DNA from: an uncultured virus (IMG/VR IMGVR_UViG_3300027782_000041)
Taxonomy: Duplodnaviria > Heunggongvirae > Uroviricota > Caudoviricetes
Length of the DNA: 64,000 nucleotides
Direction: 5' to 3' (one strand)
IMG/VR virus record: IMGVR_UViG_3300027782_000041
The notes beneath the pieces are model-generated. The model worked only from the letters and a program-made list of their open reading frames with translations, was not told the DNA's origin and ran no database searches. A program made the translations under genes and the position numbers. This document shows, one piece after another, positions 1-9,382 of this stretch; position 1 is the stretch's first letter, and every line of letters starts with the position of its first letter.

Positions 1-218
1 TGTTGGATCGAAGTCAACACATTGTTCAAGTAACCGTTAACGTTACCAGCGTTGGTCAACGCTGCGTTAGCTGTCAAAGTGAAGAAGTCAAGTTTTGGAC
101 CTTGGATCTGAACTGGGCCTTGGGCTGCGACGTTTGCTGTGCCTGCGATGGAACCGTTTGCTACGTCCAGTGCGAATGACGGTTGTGTAGTACCGTTTAC
201 TTTTGTAAATACTGCCAT
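1..218 (-). CDS. Small Ala/Thr/Asn-rich putative virion protein, truncated by the window edge (MAVFTKVNGTTQPSFALDVANG...)
   Basis: Translated by hand: ATG at 218, upstream AAAGGA SD and TAAATA box at 262-267; not in the ORF track because it runs off the window. Confidence 0.65.
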   Translation of the reverse strand, partial: MAVFTKVNGTTQPSFALDVANGSIAGTANVAAQGPVQIQGPKLDFFTLTANAALTNAGNVNGYLNNVLTSIQ

Positions 219-282
219 GATAAATTTCCTTTAAGTTAGTGAGACATTTAGTCTCTGCTTTTATTTAGTCAGTTTGGAAAAA

Positions 283-2187
283 TCACGCCTGTTGCGGATT
301 ATTTCTCTGTCTATTTTGAGCCGCAAATGCATTGGGATCAAATCTATTTACCGCTTTTGCATAGCCCACGGGGGTGGCCATGACCCAGCCTTCTTGTCCT
401 GGATGTTCTGTATCTGCTTGTTGTAGCAGGTGCATTTTGACATCATGTAGCAAGTTAAATGCGTTGAATGCCGCTGCCAGGGCAGGGGTATTACTTGTAG
501 GGCTGTTCAAGTATTCCACGATATTGCGATATTTTTGTGGTGTGACTTTGGTCTCTAACCATGTGCCAAATTCAGGCAATAGTGTGGCACCGTTGAGCGG
601 AGCGCCCACTTTGGTGTTGATAAAGTCCACACAAAGTTTTGCTAGGTCTGTGATCTTGTGTGCCCGCAATTCAGCAGGATTAAACAACGTGTCAATTGCT
701 CGGCCTTGAGACTTAATCAGTTGTTTGAGCTGTTTCTCGGCGTTGGTTTCAGTTTCAAGTACTCGAGGACTTGCTGGTCTCTCCAACATCAAGCCCGGAA
801 CTTCGTTAAACTTTACTCCGCTCAAGGGCTGACGTGCATCTCCTGCATCTGCATACATTGAGTGTATGGCAATGCCAATGTTGGAGTTGCCAATGCGTTG
901 TCCCAGTGTACTCTTGACAGGAATTTTATATTCCACTGTGTTGGGACGGAACACATAGTTGCCTGCTTCCACGGGAGGAGTTGACATGTACAACAAGTCA
1001 CCTTTGACATAGCCACGGAAGTTAGGCGGTAGTGCGGCTTCTAATACAGGAAACAATTGTGCATACAAATTGATAAGTTCAGTTCTATCACCTGAGCGTG
1101 TGCTCTGAATTTTAGCCATCATCTCAGGACTTGTGGCAAGACCATCATAGCCTTTGGCTTCAAAGCCTGACCCATCAGTTAACACAAACTCACCTGTGGC
1201 AGGTTTGCGTCCAAATATCACAGCAGGCTTGCCGTCCCACTTGGCTGTGACTGTTCGAGGCTGTTGTGTAGCATGGCTGACAATTTCCAGTGCATCTCGG
1301 ATGCCTTGGGTACCACGACGGAACACTAGATCTTCAAGATGTTCAATACCCTTGGCTCGGCCGCCCACGCCGGCTTGTTCCGCTTCAACAAGAGCAACAT
1401 AACCCCGATTAACAATACGGTCACGCAATCGTGCTAGAAAGTTAGCGTCACTTTCTGCCACACCCATTTCAGGTTCTTTTACACCCTCACGTGCAATATA
1501 CTCACGGAAGTCTGCTAGTTTGGCATCACGATCAGGATCCATTGCCAGGGCTTTGTAAATGCTTTCCACAGTCATTAACTGATTGCGTTTGTACTGTGGG
1601 GCCAGCATTATACCAGCAGCTTGATCTGGATCTATTGTGATTAACTTTTCTGTCTGGCGACTGGTAATACCCTTGGCACTTGCCTTGAGTCCCAGTGCTT
1701 TGGCAACGCTGGACATCAGCACATTACGGAACACACCTTTGTAGGCTGATCCTGTGCCGCCGCCCAGCCAGAATGTGCCCCATTCTAAATTGGGCATGAA
1801 CATAAAGTCTGTTTGCACATAGCCACGCTTGGGGTCGCCTTGTATGGGTGTTTTGAAATGCACTGCTTCGCCTGTGAGTCTGCACCAGTCTCGGGGGTCT
1901 TGTTTGTTCTGTGTGGCCCAGGCATCCAGTTGGCCTTTGAGTTCGGCCTTGGTTATTTCGTTGGCATCCACAGCAAGGTCCAGATCACCTGAGTCAGGTT
2001 TCTTGCCGGTTGAACCCAGCCACTTGACGGGAATGCCTGCTTCGTCTCGATCATGTGATAAATCAAGTCCCGTGACAGTTTCCAGCCAGGCCACTGTGCT
2101 GGGTATGTCTGCTTTACTGATGCGTTGCGTTAGTGGTCGACCTTGTGCATCTTTGAAAACATTGCCACCTTCAAACAGTTGTGTCAT
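283..2187 (-). CDS. Two-domain protein: N-terminal Pol-beta-superfamily nucleotidyltransferase plus C-terminal ligase-like (KxDG) domain
   Basis: GSTGKKPDSGDLDLAVD (GS...DxD) with a third Asp in VQTDFM; HLEDLV...TAKWDGKPAVIFG in the C-terminal half; start chosen at MTQLFEGG just after the upstream stop. Confidence 0.6.
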   Translation of the reverse strand: MTQLFEGGNVFKDAQGRPLTQRISKADIPSTVAWLETVTGLDLSHDRDEAGIPVKWLGSTGKKPDSGDLDLAVDANEITKAELKGQLDAWATQNKQDPRDWCRLTGEAVHFKTPIQGDPKRGYVQTDFMFMPNLEWGTFWLGGGTGSAYKGVFRNVLMSSVAKALGLKASAKGITSRQTEKLITIDPDQAAGIMLAPQYKRNQLMTVESIYKALAMDPDRDAKLADFREYIAREGVKEPEMGVAESDANFLARLRDRIVNRGYVALVEAEQAGVGGRAKGIEHLEDLVFRRGTQGIRDALEIVSHATQQPRTVTAKWDGKPAVIFGRKPATGEFVLTDGSGFEAKGYDGLATSPEMMAKIQSTRSGDRTELINLYAQLFPVLEAALPPNFRGYVKGDLLYMSTPPVEAGNYVFRPNTVEYKIPVKSTLGQRIGNSNIGIAIHSMYADAGDARQPLSGVKFNEVPGLMLERPASPRVLETETNAEKQLKQLIKSQGRAIDTLFNPAELRAHKITDLAKLCVDFINTKVGAPLNGATLLPEFGTWLETKVTPQKYRNIVEYLNSPTSNTPALAAAFNAFNLLHDVKMHLLQQADTEHPGQEGWVMATPVGYAKAVNRFDPNAFAAQNRQRNNPQQA

Positions 2188-2188
2188 G

Positions 2189-2968
2189 TTATTCTGCTGC
2201 CTGTTGAAAGCCAAGTAGTTCTGCAATTCTTGGATCGTTTGCCGAGGTGATATTTAATTTTTTTGCGGCTTGTTGTAAAGAGGCTATTTCGGCATTGTCA
2301 AACTTTGCGGCATTTGCAAGTTGTTGTGTTTGTGCGCTAAGTCCTGTTACTACGCCTGTTCCGCCCACTCCTCTTCGGCCAGTATCATAGGCCATTATGT
2401 TTTGTGCCGGCAATATTCCCAGGCCAACCAAGTCAGTAAACATTTTTTCCACAGCTTTTGAGTCAGTGTTTTGCAATGTGGCATTGTAGATTGCATCTAT
2501 AGATTTGTCAATGTCAACTATGATATCTTCAGCATTGTCTTTCATGTTGGGATCACCAACATAGGTTGCTATGTTTTTGTAATCTGAGCCTTGCCGCCCG
2601 ATCATTTTGTTAACTAGGTCTTGAAGATTGGCTTTGAGAGTTGCAATGCTGGGCTGTGTTACTTGGCCAAGACTGGTAGGAGGATTGCCATTGGTGTCTT
2701 TACTATTGGCCATGAAGTTTTGTACAGTTTGTTGCCAAGCAGTTTGCATGCTGGTAGCAAGTGTTTTGGCCGCAGAACTGTTGGCCATGTTTTGAAACCC
2801 TTGCTCACGACTTTGAGCAGGACCGGCTTGCGAGGTAACGTCTGTTCCCACAGCCTTGTTTATTGCTTGATTGCCAGCTTGTTTGGCTATGCCGCCTGCG
2901 ATGCTGGCAAGAGCTCCACCAATGCCTTCTTTTACTGGCCGTTTACGTGTTAATTCATGAATCTGCAT
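2189..2968 (-). CDS. Hypothetical Q/N/A-rich protein, probable internal head protein
   Basis: AGGAGA SD before ATG 2968; N-terminus MQIHELT..PVKE/GIGG resembles prohead-protease-processed leaders. Confidence 0.55.
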   Translation of the reverse strand: MQIHELTRKRPVKEGIGGALASIAGGIAKQAGNQAINKAVGTDVTSQAGPAQSREQGFQNMANSSAAKTLATSMQTAWQQTVQNFMANSKDTNGNPPTSLGQVTQPSIATLKANLQDLVNKMIGRQGSDYKNIATYVGDPNMKDNAEDIIVDIDKSIDAIYNATLQNTDSKAVEKMFTDLVGLGILPAQNIMAYDTGRRGVGGTGVVTGLSAQTQQLANAAKFDNAEIASLQQAAKKLNITSANDPRIAELLGFQQAAE

Positions 2969-3203
2969 TTGTTCTCCTAACTGACCGCGAGAACTTGCCA
3001 GCATCCTTGGTGCGTATTGCATTGAGCAATTTACGTGTGAGATTGTCAGCTTGTTCTGCACCAAACTCTACTTCAATCTGTTCTATCAGGCGTATGGCGC
3101 TGGATATAATACTGTCAGCTCTAGTTTCGATTATCAGGCGACGATCACGCTCTACATACAACGAGTCTAGTTCTTCTAGTAAACTACGGGTCTTTTTTTG
3201 CAT
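2955..3203 (-). CDS. Hypothetical helical protein (82 aa)
   Basis: Clean ORF below a TAAATA box (3223-3228), overlapping the next gene. Confidence 0.7.
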   Translation of the reverse strand: MQKKTRSLLEELDSLYVERDRRLIIETRADSIISSAIRLIEQIEVEFGAEQADNLTRKLLNAIRTKDAGKFSRSVRRTNADS

Positions 3204-3272
3204 TCGATCTGGGCCTTTGGATTATTTAGTGTGTAGCAAGTTCAAATAAATATCTACTATACAGGAATACTC

Positions 3273-4895
3273 ATGACAAGTCAAATCAACCCAAACAACG
3301 TAGACGGCACCTTTCCGGTGGCCGGCCAGCCCAATAACACACAGGGGTTCCGAGATAATTTTACCAATATCAAGACCAATTTTAGTTATGCTGAAACCGA
3401 AATCACAGACTTGGAAAACAATGGTATTTTCAAAGCTGCCCTGAGTGGTACCACACTAGACAACAACATGGCGGATAACTTAATATACGCCGTTAAATTA
3501 CAAGATGTCAGCTACACCTATGTACAAAACACAGCATCATCAGGCAGTATCACAATTGATTACAGCGCCGGTCAGTACCAATTGATTTCAACCACTGGTT
3601 CTGTCAGCTTGAATTTTGCTAATTGGCCCGTGAGTGGCACAGCAGGCATTGTACAAATTACAATCAATGTCACCAGCACTGCACACACCTTGACATTACC
3701 TGCTGCGGTTACTCTGGGCACTACTGGCATCCAAGGGTACTCCGCAGGTATTATTACCTTTGCTGCAACTGGTACCTATCAGTTCTCATTTAGCTCTGTA
3801 GATTATGGTGCTACTGTTACCATCTATGATTTAAATCGTCCTCTCAGTTATTTTACTAATCCTGTAACTGTGGCTAGTACTACTAATAGTACCAGTTCAG
3901 GCACGGGCGCCTTGATTGTGGCAGGAGGTGTAGGGGTATCAGGCAATTTATATGTGAGTGGCAATATTGTGGGCAGTATAGTGGCCACAGGCAATACATT
4001 TGCAGGTAACACCACTGTGGGAAATTTGTTGACTTCGGGATTGGTTAGTGCAACTGGCAATGTGACTGGTGGTAATGTAAATACCGCTGGGCTAATAACA
4101 GCCACAGGTAACATTACTGGTGGGAATTTAAACGCCGTTGGATTGAGTCTCAGCGGCAATGTTGTCAGCACCATTAACATGACCGCTAATATCACTACCA
4201 CTGGTGGCAATATCCAGGGCGGCAATTTAAAAACTGGTGGCATTGCCAGTGCCACAGGCAACGTCACAGGTGGTAACATAATCACCGGCGGATTGATATC
4301 GGCAACTTCGACCATAACCTCGTCGGCCAACATCACTGGTGGTAATATCTTAACTTCTGGGCTGGTATCAGTTACTGGCAACATCACTAGTGGCAACGTC
4401 AACACAGGTGGGTTAATATCAGTCGTGGGTAATATTATTGGTGGTAATGTTTTAAACGGGGGATTAATTTCTAGTACCGGTAACAGCACCGCGGCAAACT
4501 ATCTAACAACGGGATTAATATCAGCCACAGGTAACATCACTGGTGGCAACATCTTGGGTGGTGCCAACGTCAATGCTACCACGCACACCGGTGCTACAGT
4601 CAGTGTAACTGGCAATATCACTGGTGGTAACATTATTTCTAGTGCGGTTATATCTAGTACTGGTAATGCTAGAATTTTAAGCGGCACAGCAGTTCCTGCG
4701 GGCGGCACAGCTGGTGCTGGATACTTGATGTCAAGTACTACCAACCTCGGTGTGTTCTTTGGATCTGGTGCACCTGCGCTGAGTGCAGCGCAGGGCAGTC
4801 TCTATTTGAGAACTGATGGCAGTTCGACCAGTACCAGAATGTATGTGAACACAAATGGTTCAACAACCTGGACCGCAGTTACTACTGTGGCTTAA
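3273..4895 (+). CDS. Tail-fibre/virion structural protein with G-N-I/V-T-G-G-N repeats
   Basis: Repeated SATGNITGGNIxTxGLI units, G/T/S/N-rich, TAAATA at 3247-3252 and AGGA SD. Confidence 0.75.
   Translation: MTSQINPNNVDGTFPVAGQPNNTQGFRDNFTNIKTNFSYAETEITDLENNGIFKAALSGTTLDNNMADNLIYAVKLQDVSYTYVQNTASSGSITIDYSAGQYQLISTTGSVSLNFANWPVSGTAGIVQITINVTSTAHTLTLPAAVTLGTTGIQGYSAGIITFAATGTYQFSFSSVDYGATVTIYDLNRPLSYFTNPVTVASTTNSTSSGTGALIVAGGVGVSGNLYVSGNIVGSIVATGNTFAGNTTVGNLLTSGLVSATGNVTGGNVNTAGLITATGNITGGNLNAVGLSLSGNVVSTINMTANITTTGGNIQGGNLKTGGIASATGNVTGGNIITGGLISATSTITSSANITGGNILTSGLVSVTGNITSGNVNTGGLISVVGNIIGGNVLNGGLISSTGNSTAANYLTTGLISATGNITGGNILGGANVNATTHTGATVSVTGNITGGNIISSAVISSTGNARILSGTAVPAGGTAGAGYLMSSTTNLGVFFGSGAPALSAAQGSLYLRTDGSSTSTRMYVNTNGSTTWTAVTTVA
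3930..4680 (+). repeat. Degenerate coding tandem repeat (about 17-20 aa unit, ATGNITGGN core)
   Basis: Recurrent acWggYaaYatYactggtggYaaY DNA units inside the 3273 ORF. Confidence 0.8.
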
Positions 4896-6370
4896 TTTGA
4901 TTTGATCTGGCCCAGCAGTTGTTTGAGCTTTGCACTTTGAACATCTGCTGTGACTTTTTCTGCAACCTCAGGTTTTAATTCTTTGCCACCCGGTTGATAA
5001 TCCCAAGCGTGTGTTCCGGTTGGTTTTTCCCACTTGGTAGATGCACTGCTCGTTGTTTCGGAGTCAGCAGTCCTAAGTTGGCTCTTGGCCTTGATTGAGT
5101 CCATGATACTGCTTTGTGGTTTGTTGTATCCAGTTCCTTCGTCACCGCCTTCATCAGTAATGCGCATGGTTTCAATGTTGTACTCCAGATCAATTTTTTG
5201 ACCAACGCCGGTCGAGCTTCGAGATTTCATACATTGTATCTGATACTTGCCACGCTCTTTCATGGCACGACTTGTAAAGATACCAAACACGTTGTCGGCA
5301 GTGTTGATCTTAGAGATACCACCCGAAATGTGACTATGATCAAATTCAATTTCCTCTACTGCACTACGGTTCAACTGCGAAGCAGTGACCATTAGTACTG
5401 CCAACTCTTTGGCCAAGTTACGCAGTTCTTCACTCACATACTTGTCTTTTACAAACAAGTCATTGGGTGAGACTTTGGCACTCACAGGCATCAACAAGTC
5501 CAAGTAGTCAATCATCACAAAGTCTACCTTCTTGCCTGTTTGAATTTGATACTCTTTCAAATAAGCACGAATGTCATTGATATTACTTTGTGCTGGCAGG
5601 CCTTTGACCTGATAGTTTCCGGACTTCTTGGCCACCAACTTGACCTTGAGTTCAGTTGTGTCCATGTCACGTCTAATGTCTTTGGTGCTCATGTTTGTTA
5701 ACATAGCATCTGTTCGCAAACTTGTGAGTTCTTCACTCAGTTCAAGCGTGATGTAAACGCCACTAAGTCCTTGCTGTAGCCAATTCAGCGCAATGTTCAT
5801 CATGACCAAGCTCTTGCCAGAACCCGATCCACCTGCAAAGATGTTTAGTTCACCACGACTGAATCCACCATACAACAATCTGTCCAGTTGCGGCCAGCCT
5901 GTGCTTACTTGTCCACCCGAGTTGAAGTATTTCTCAATGCGAGCCTTAGGATCAGCAAAGTAATCCGTGCCCATGTCTTTGGTGAGTGATATCTGTACTG
6001 CATCTTTGATGAGTTTTTCAACGGGTTCAAATTCACCTTTCTCCAGCAAGTCTGCTGATTTTAAAATAGCACGTTCAAGTTCTTGACGTCGGGTAAATGC
6101 TTCAAACTCGCCCATGAACCAGTCGAAGTGGCCTTCATTCAAATCCGGCACTGGTGCAAGTTTAATGCCTGTGGTTGCAGAGATCTGTGACCTGTCGGGC
6201 ATGGTCTTGTGTTTGTCTGTGTGTTCTTTGATAAACTCAGCCGCTGGTCTCAAACTTCGGTCAAAGTTCTGCGGGTTGTAGATGTTTTGAACACGCACAT
6301 AACTTGTTGCGTCTTCCAACATCATTTCTAGAAATAGTCGTTGGACATCAAGTCCGTATTCTTTTAACAA
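4892..6370 (-). CDS. gp41: Replicative DNA helicase, DnaB/T4 gp41-like
   Basis: Walker A GGSGSGKS, ITLELSE, IDYLDL, TASQLNR, KSR motifs; adjacent to primase. Confidence 0.93.
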   Translation of the reverse strand: MLKEYGLDVQRLFLEMMLEDATSYVRVQNIYNPQNFDRSLRPAAEFIKEHTDKHKTMPDRSQISATTGIKLAPVPDLNEGHFDWFMGEFEAFTRRQELERAILKSADLLEKGEFEPVEKLIKDAVQISLTKDMGTDYFADPKARIEKYFNSGGQVSTGWPQLDRLLYGGFSRGELNIFAGGSGSGKSLVMMNIALNWLQQGLSGVYITLELSEELTSLRTDAMLTNMSTKDIRRDMDTTELKVKLVAKKSGNYQVKGLPAQSNINDIRAYLKEYQIQTGKKVDFVMIDYLDLLMPVSAKVSPNDLFVKDKYVSEELRNLAKELAVLMVTASQLNRSAVEEIEFDHSHISGGISKINTADNVFGIFTSRAMKERGKYQIQCMKSRSSTGVGQKIDLEYNIETMRITDEGGDEGTGYNKPQSSIMDSIKAKSQLRTADSETTSSASTKWEKPTGTHAWDYQPGGKELKPEVAEKVTADVQSAKLKQLLGQIKSN

Positions 6371-7337
6371 GTTGCTTCTTCCTTATCTCTATTTTGATTT
6401 TACTAGTTTCTCTTGAGGCTATAATAGTTAGCAAGGCCCCTAGTCTGCCCAACTTTATCACAGCATCATTGACATCTTTACAACCCGCTGGCCATTCAGG
6501 TATGCTTACTGCCCAGCCTAGTTCTACAGCACGGTCAATTAACTCCACACCTGCCGTGTCTTGGTCCGGTACCACAGTTACTTCACGACCGAGATTGCGT
6601 ATCAATCTTGCTTGTGCATCACTAATGGTGTTGTGCATCACAGCAAGGCCACCAATTGAGAGTGCGTCAAAGATGCCTTCTGTTACCAGCACATGTTGCC
6701 AGTCTGCATGTTGTAAATCTGTACCAAACACATAGCCCGGTTGTGAATGATTGATGTACCGGGGCTGCTTGTCATCCAAGAATCTAGCACACCAACCTAT
6801 CACTTTGTTATCGTATGTAAACGGAACCAACACAAACGGCCTAGTCCAATGAACGCCATCAGTTTTGATAGAAGTCATTATGGGAAAGTCTTCTGGGACA
6901 CCTCGCCGGCGTATGTAATCCCAGTATAACGGATGCTCGGGTGTGACCACTTCCGAGAACGGAGGAAAGTCGTCCGAATCTTCAAACTCAATTGCACTCA
7001 ACGCATTGAATACTCGTTGCCGATCTTCTAGTATGCCGTGGATGCTACGATGTCGCAGACTTTCAAGATTGAGCATGTCAATCTCGTTATCGGGTACACC
7101 CATCCAGCCTAGTAATCTCTTGGCTTTGAAACTAACCGTACGGCCCAGAATAAAACTGGCTGTGTATGCGCAGTTGAAGCAATGATAACTCCAGCCCTGT
7201 TCAGTTGCTTTGATGCCACCGCGGCCACGCTTGTCTGCGCTGTTACCATTGTGAGTGCAACATACCGCATTGAAACTCAGCCAGCCCTGTGGACTGGGTT
7301 TTCTTTTTGCAGGTAGGTAAGCAAGGATGTCTAGCAT
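6348..7337 (-). CDS. gp61: DNA primase, T4 gp61-like (Zn-binding plus TOPRIM)
   Basis: CC..H / YHCFNC Zn site, VTEGIFDAL, PDQD, KDVND TOPRIM motifs. Confidence 0.88.
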   Translation of the reverse strand: MLDILAYLPAKRKPSPQGWLSFNAVCCTHNGNSADKRGRGGIKATEQGWSYHCFNCAYTASFILGRTVSFKAKRLLGWMGVPDNEIDMLNLESLRHRSIHGILEDRQRVFNALSAIEFEDSDDFPPFSEVVTPEHPLYWDYIRRRGVPEDFPIMTSIKTDGVHWTRPFVLVPFTYDNKVIGWCARFLDDKQPRYINHSQPGYVFGTDLQHADWQHVLVTEGIFDALSIGGLAVMHNTISDAQARLIRNLGREVTVVPDQDTAGVELIDRAVELGWAVSIPEWPAGCKDVNDAVIKLGRLGALLTIIASRETSKIKIEIRKKQLVKRIRT

Positions 7338-7343
7338 CTGTTG

Positions 7344-7372
7344 ATTATAACAGATTAGTTACACTAGATCAA
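7344..7372 (-). promoter_or_regulatory. Sigma70-type promoter (TTGATC-17-TATAAT), 6 nt before the primase ATG
   Basis: Direct read of the minus strand with 17-nt spacer. Confidence 0.65.
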
Positions 7373-8439
7373 CGATATTGAACGTTTTGTATTCGTCCGT
7401 TTGTGAATATTGCGGTTGCAGCGATGGAACCTTGGAATTGAATTGGTACATAACCTGAACCACCGTCAAGGATAGTCACCCCAGCAATTACTCCTGCATT
7501 GCTAATAGTGCAGACTGCTTCGGCATCCGAACCGTTGCCCAAAATTTGAATGTGTGGTGGCCCAACATAGTTGTATCCGGCGTTGGTGATACTGATTCCG
7601 GTGACCACACCGTCGGTCACTTGGACATTACCGCTGGCACCATAACCCACTGAGTTGTTTAGGGCCAGGCGCAACAAGGGATGAAACCCAACAATGTTAA
7701 AATAGTCACTGACTGTTGCCCCAGAATAATTGCGAGTTTCACTCACATTGTACCAAACGGATTCATAATTTTGTGCGGCTTGTATTTTGACTGTTCCTGT
7801 GTAGCCCACAAGATCAAACTTGACCGTGGTAAAACTAGACCCATTGGTTGGCATATGGCTAGAATAAAATTCAGTCATTTGAATAGAGTTTTGTGGCTGT
7901 GGTGTAAGTGCCCAATCAGGAAATTGTGTAGGAGCGGTGCCCACAAAGTTATTTTTGCCATACATGTCCGGAACTGTGCATTCTGTGCTGGGTACAAACT
8001 GTGGCAGGATTGAGTCAACAATGTTACAATCTGCTCGGGCTTGGCTGTTGGCATCTACATAAGCGGCTTGCACATAGTTGCCGGCACTGCGTTGTATACT
8101 GTAACTGGCCGGCTGTGCCTGGATATTGATGGTATCTTCTGTGTTGAGAACTACTTTGACACGGCCCAGAGCAGAGCTCAGGATCTCCATGTCTTTGGTG
8201 ATCAACAGTTCGTCGCCAGTTTGATTCACCACACGGAACACAAATGTGCTGCCTGCAATATTTACGGGTTTCTCATCTTGATTGATAAATTCAAAGAGCA
8301 GAACATTGTCCACTCCCTTGTTGATTGTTAGTTGTTTTGCATACACTGGGTCGTACCTCGCTGTAAAGTATCCGCCACTGGTGTCTATCAAAAGTACCCG
8401 GACGATTTGTTGGTATAAGTAAACGGTGGTTGAATACAT
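7369..8439 (-). CDS. Putative virion structural (baseplate/tail-associated) protein
   Basis: Beta-rich; C-terminal GVVTGISITNAGYNY / GVTILDGGSGY repeats typical of myovirus structural proteins; TAAATA at 8456-8461. Confidence 0.6.
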   Translation of the reverse strand: MYSTTVYLYQQIVRVLLIDTSGGYFTARYDPVYAKQLTINKGVDNVLLFEFINQDEKPVNIAGSTFVFRVVNQTGDELLITKDMEILSSALGRVKVVLNTEDTINIQAQPASYSIQRSAGNYVQAAYVDANSQARADCNIVDSILPQFVPSTECTVPDMYGKNNFVGTAPTQFPDWALTPQPQNSIQMTEFYSSHMPTNGSSFTTVKFDLVGYTGTVKIQAAQNYESVWYNVSETRNYSGATVSDYFNIVGFHPLLRLALNNSVGYGASGNVQVTDGVVTGISITNAGYNYVGPPHIQILGNGSDAEAVCTISNAGVIAGVTILDGGSGYVPIQFQGSIAATAIFTNGRIQNVQYR

Positions 8440-8460
8440 AGGATCCTCGAAACAGTATTT

Positions 8461-8838
8461 ATGGGTAATAATATTTTTGAAAAGCTAACGGAGAAGTATC
8501 CCTTTATAACATTGTGCTTGTACGCAAATGTGGAATATGTGGGTGTGGTACAAAACAGGGACGACGTTGTGACCACTATCTACGACTTTGGTGCAGTACA
8601 GGCACAGGAACATAAGTTACTGTTTTTAGAACTTGCCAGCACTTGGTGGTGGGAAAGCAATCGTAGCATACCTATAAACATATTCCTACGCAGAGATTGG
8701 GAACAATTCCGCCCCACTCTTCGTACTTTTGTCAATAAAGACCTGGAAATCTTGCATGGACCAGCTTGCAGTTTACTGGACATAGTGCGCAGGAAAGGCA
8801 AAAGAAAGTCAATCACGCTGGTGCGTCGGATTGATTGA
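8461..8838 (+). CDS. Hypothetical protein (WWWESNRSIPINIFL motif)
   Basis: Clean 125-aa ORF filling the gap between flanking minus-strand genes. Confidence 0.7.
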   Translation: MGNNIFEKLTEKYPFITLCLYANVEYVGVVQNRDDVVTTIYDFGAVQAQEHKLLFLELASTWWWESNRSIPINIFLRRDWEQFRPTLRTFVNKDLEILHGPACSLLDIVRRKGKRKSITLVRRID

Positions 8839-9382
8839 GCAAGTTCATGTGTAATGCTACCAGAGCCGCGTAGGAAACTGCGTGGCTTTTCTTAAATGTA
8901 TAGCCTCGAGATTCGTCTCCGTCCCATACTTCAGCAAATACTTCAGTCCAAGGGCGTGTCTGTAAGTGTGCCTTGCCCGGACGAATAATAGAGATAAACG
9001 CCGCCATCCTGGGTATTGAATCTGGTTTCATCACCCGTAGCAAATCTGTATAATTGCCCACGTGTGCCAGTTGGCCGGCCCAGGCATGATCAGTCCACAG
9101 TCTTTCCCAAGGTGGCGTGGCTGTGAGCATTGCTTCATAGTGTGCAGGATTACGCACCAACTGATACACACTCATGTTCAGAAAGTCCAGTTTAAAATAT
9201 CCACGTTGTTCTGCTTCTTCGTAATCTATTGCGGCACACTGATTGACAGGATCCGCGGGAATGTCTGTTACATAGATGCCCGAGTTGTGCTTCTTGCCAT
9301 TGCTTTGTCGTGCAGGCACATGCTGAATCAATTTCAACACAGTTTCTCTGTTGGCAAAGTCAATGTCAATGTCTGCGCTCAT
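8813..9382 (-). CDS. Minimal DnaE (Pol III alpha, family C)-like catalytic core
   Basis: DIDIDF, HNSGIY, GYFKLDFL, IRPG and YTFKKSHAVSY occur in DnaE order within about 190 aa. Confidence 0.75.
   Translation of the reverse strand: MSADIDIDFANRETVLKLIQHVPARQSNGKKHNSGIYVTDIPADPVNQCAAIDYEEAEQRGYFKLDFLNMSVYQLVRNPAHYEAMLTATPPWERLWTDHAWAGQLAHVGNYTDLLRVMKPDSIPRMAAFISIIRPGKAHLQTRPWTEVFAEVWDGDESRGYTFKKSHAVSYAALVALHMNLLNQSDAPA

Noticed and set aside
241..255. GAGAC-TAAAT-GTCTC hairpin in the leader of the first gene
   Set aside because: Only a 5-bp stem; may be a 5' stabiliser but too weak to call
3930..4680. Repeats considered as a CRISPR array or DGR template
   Set aside because: Degenerate, in-frame and varying at third codon positions; no unique spacers and no cas or reverse transcriptase gene nearby
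3848..4744. Long antisense ORFs (3848-4489, 4499-4744) with MLPPV repeats
   Set aside because: Mirror of the GNITGGN repeat gene on the other strand; no independent start signals
8813..9382. dnaE pseudogene or frameshifted fragment
   Set aside because: Flanking ORFs are unrelated to DnaE, motifs are retained while linkers are shortened, and the ORF is coupled to its neighbour; kept as an intact mini-gene
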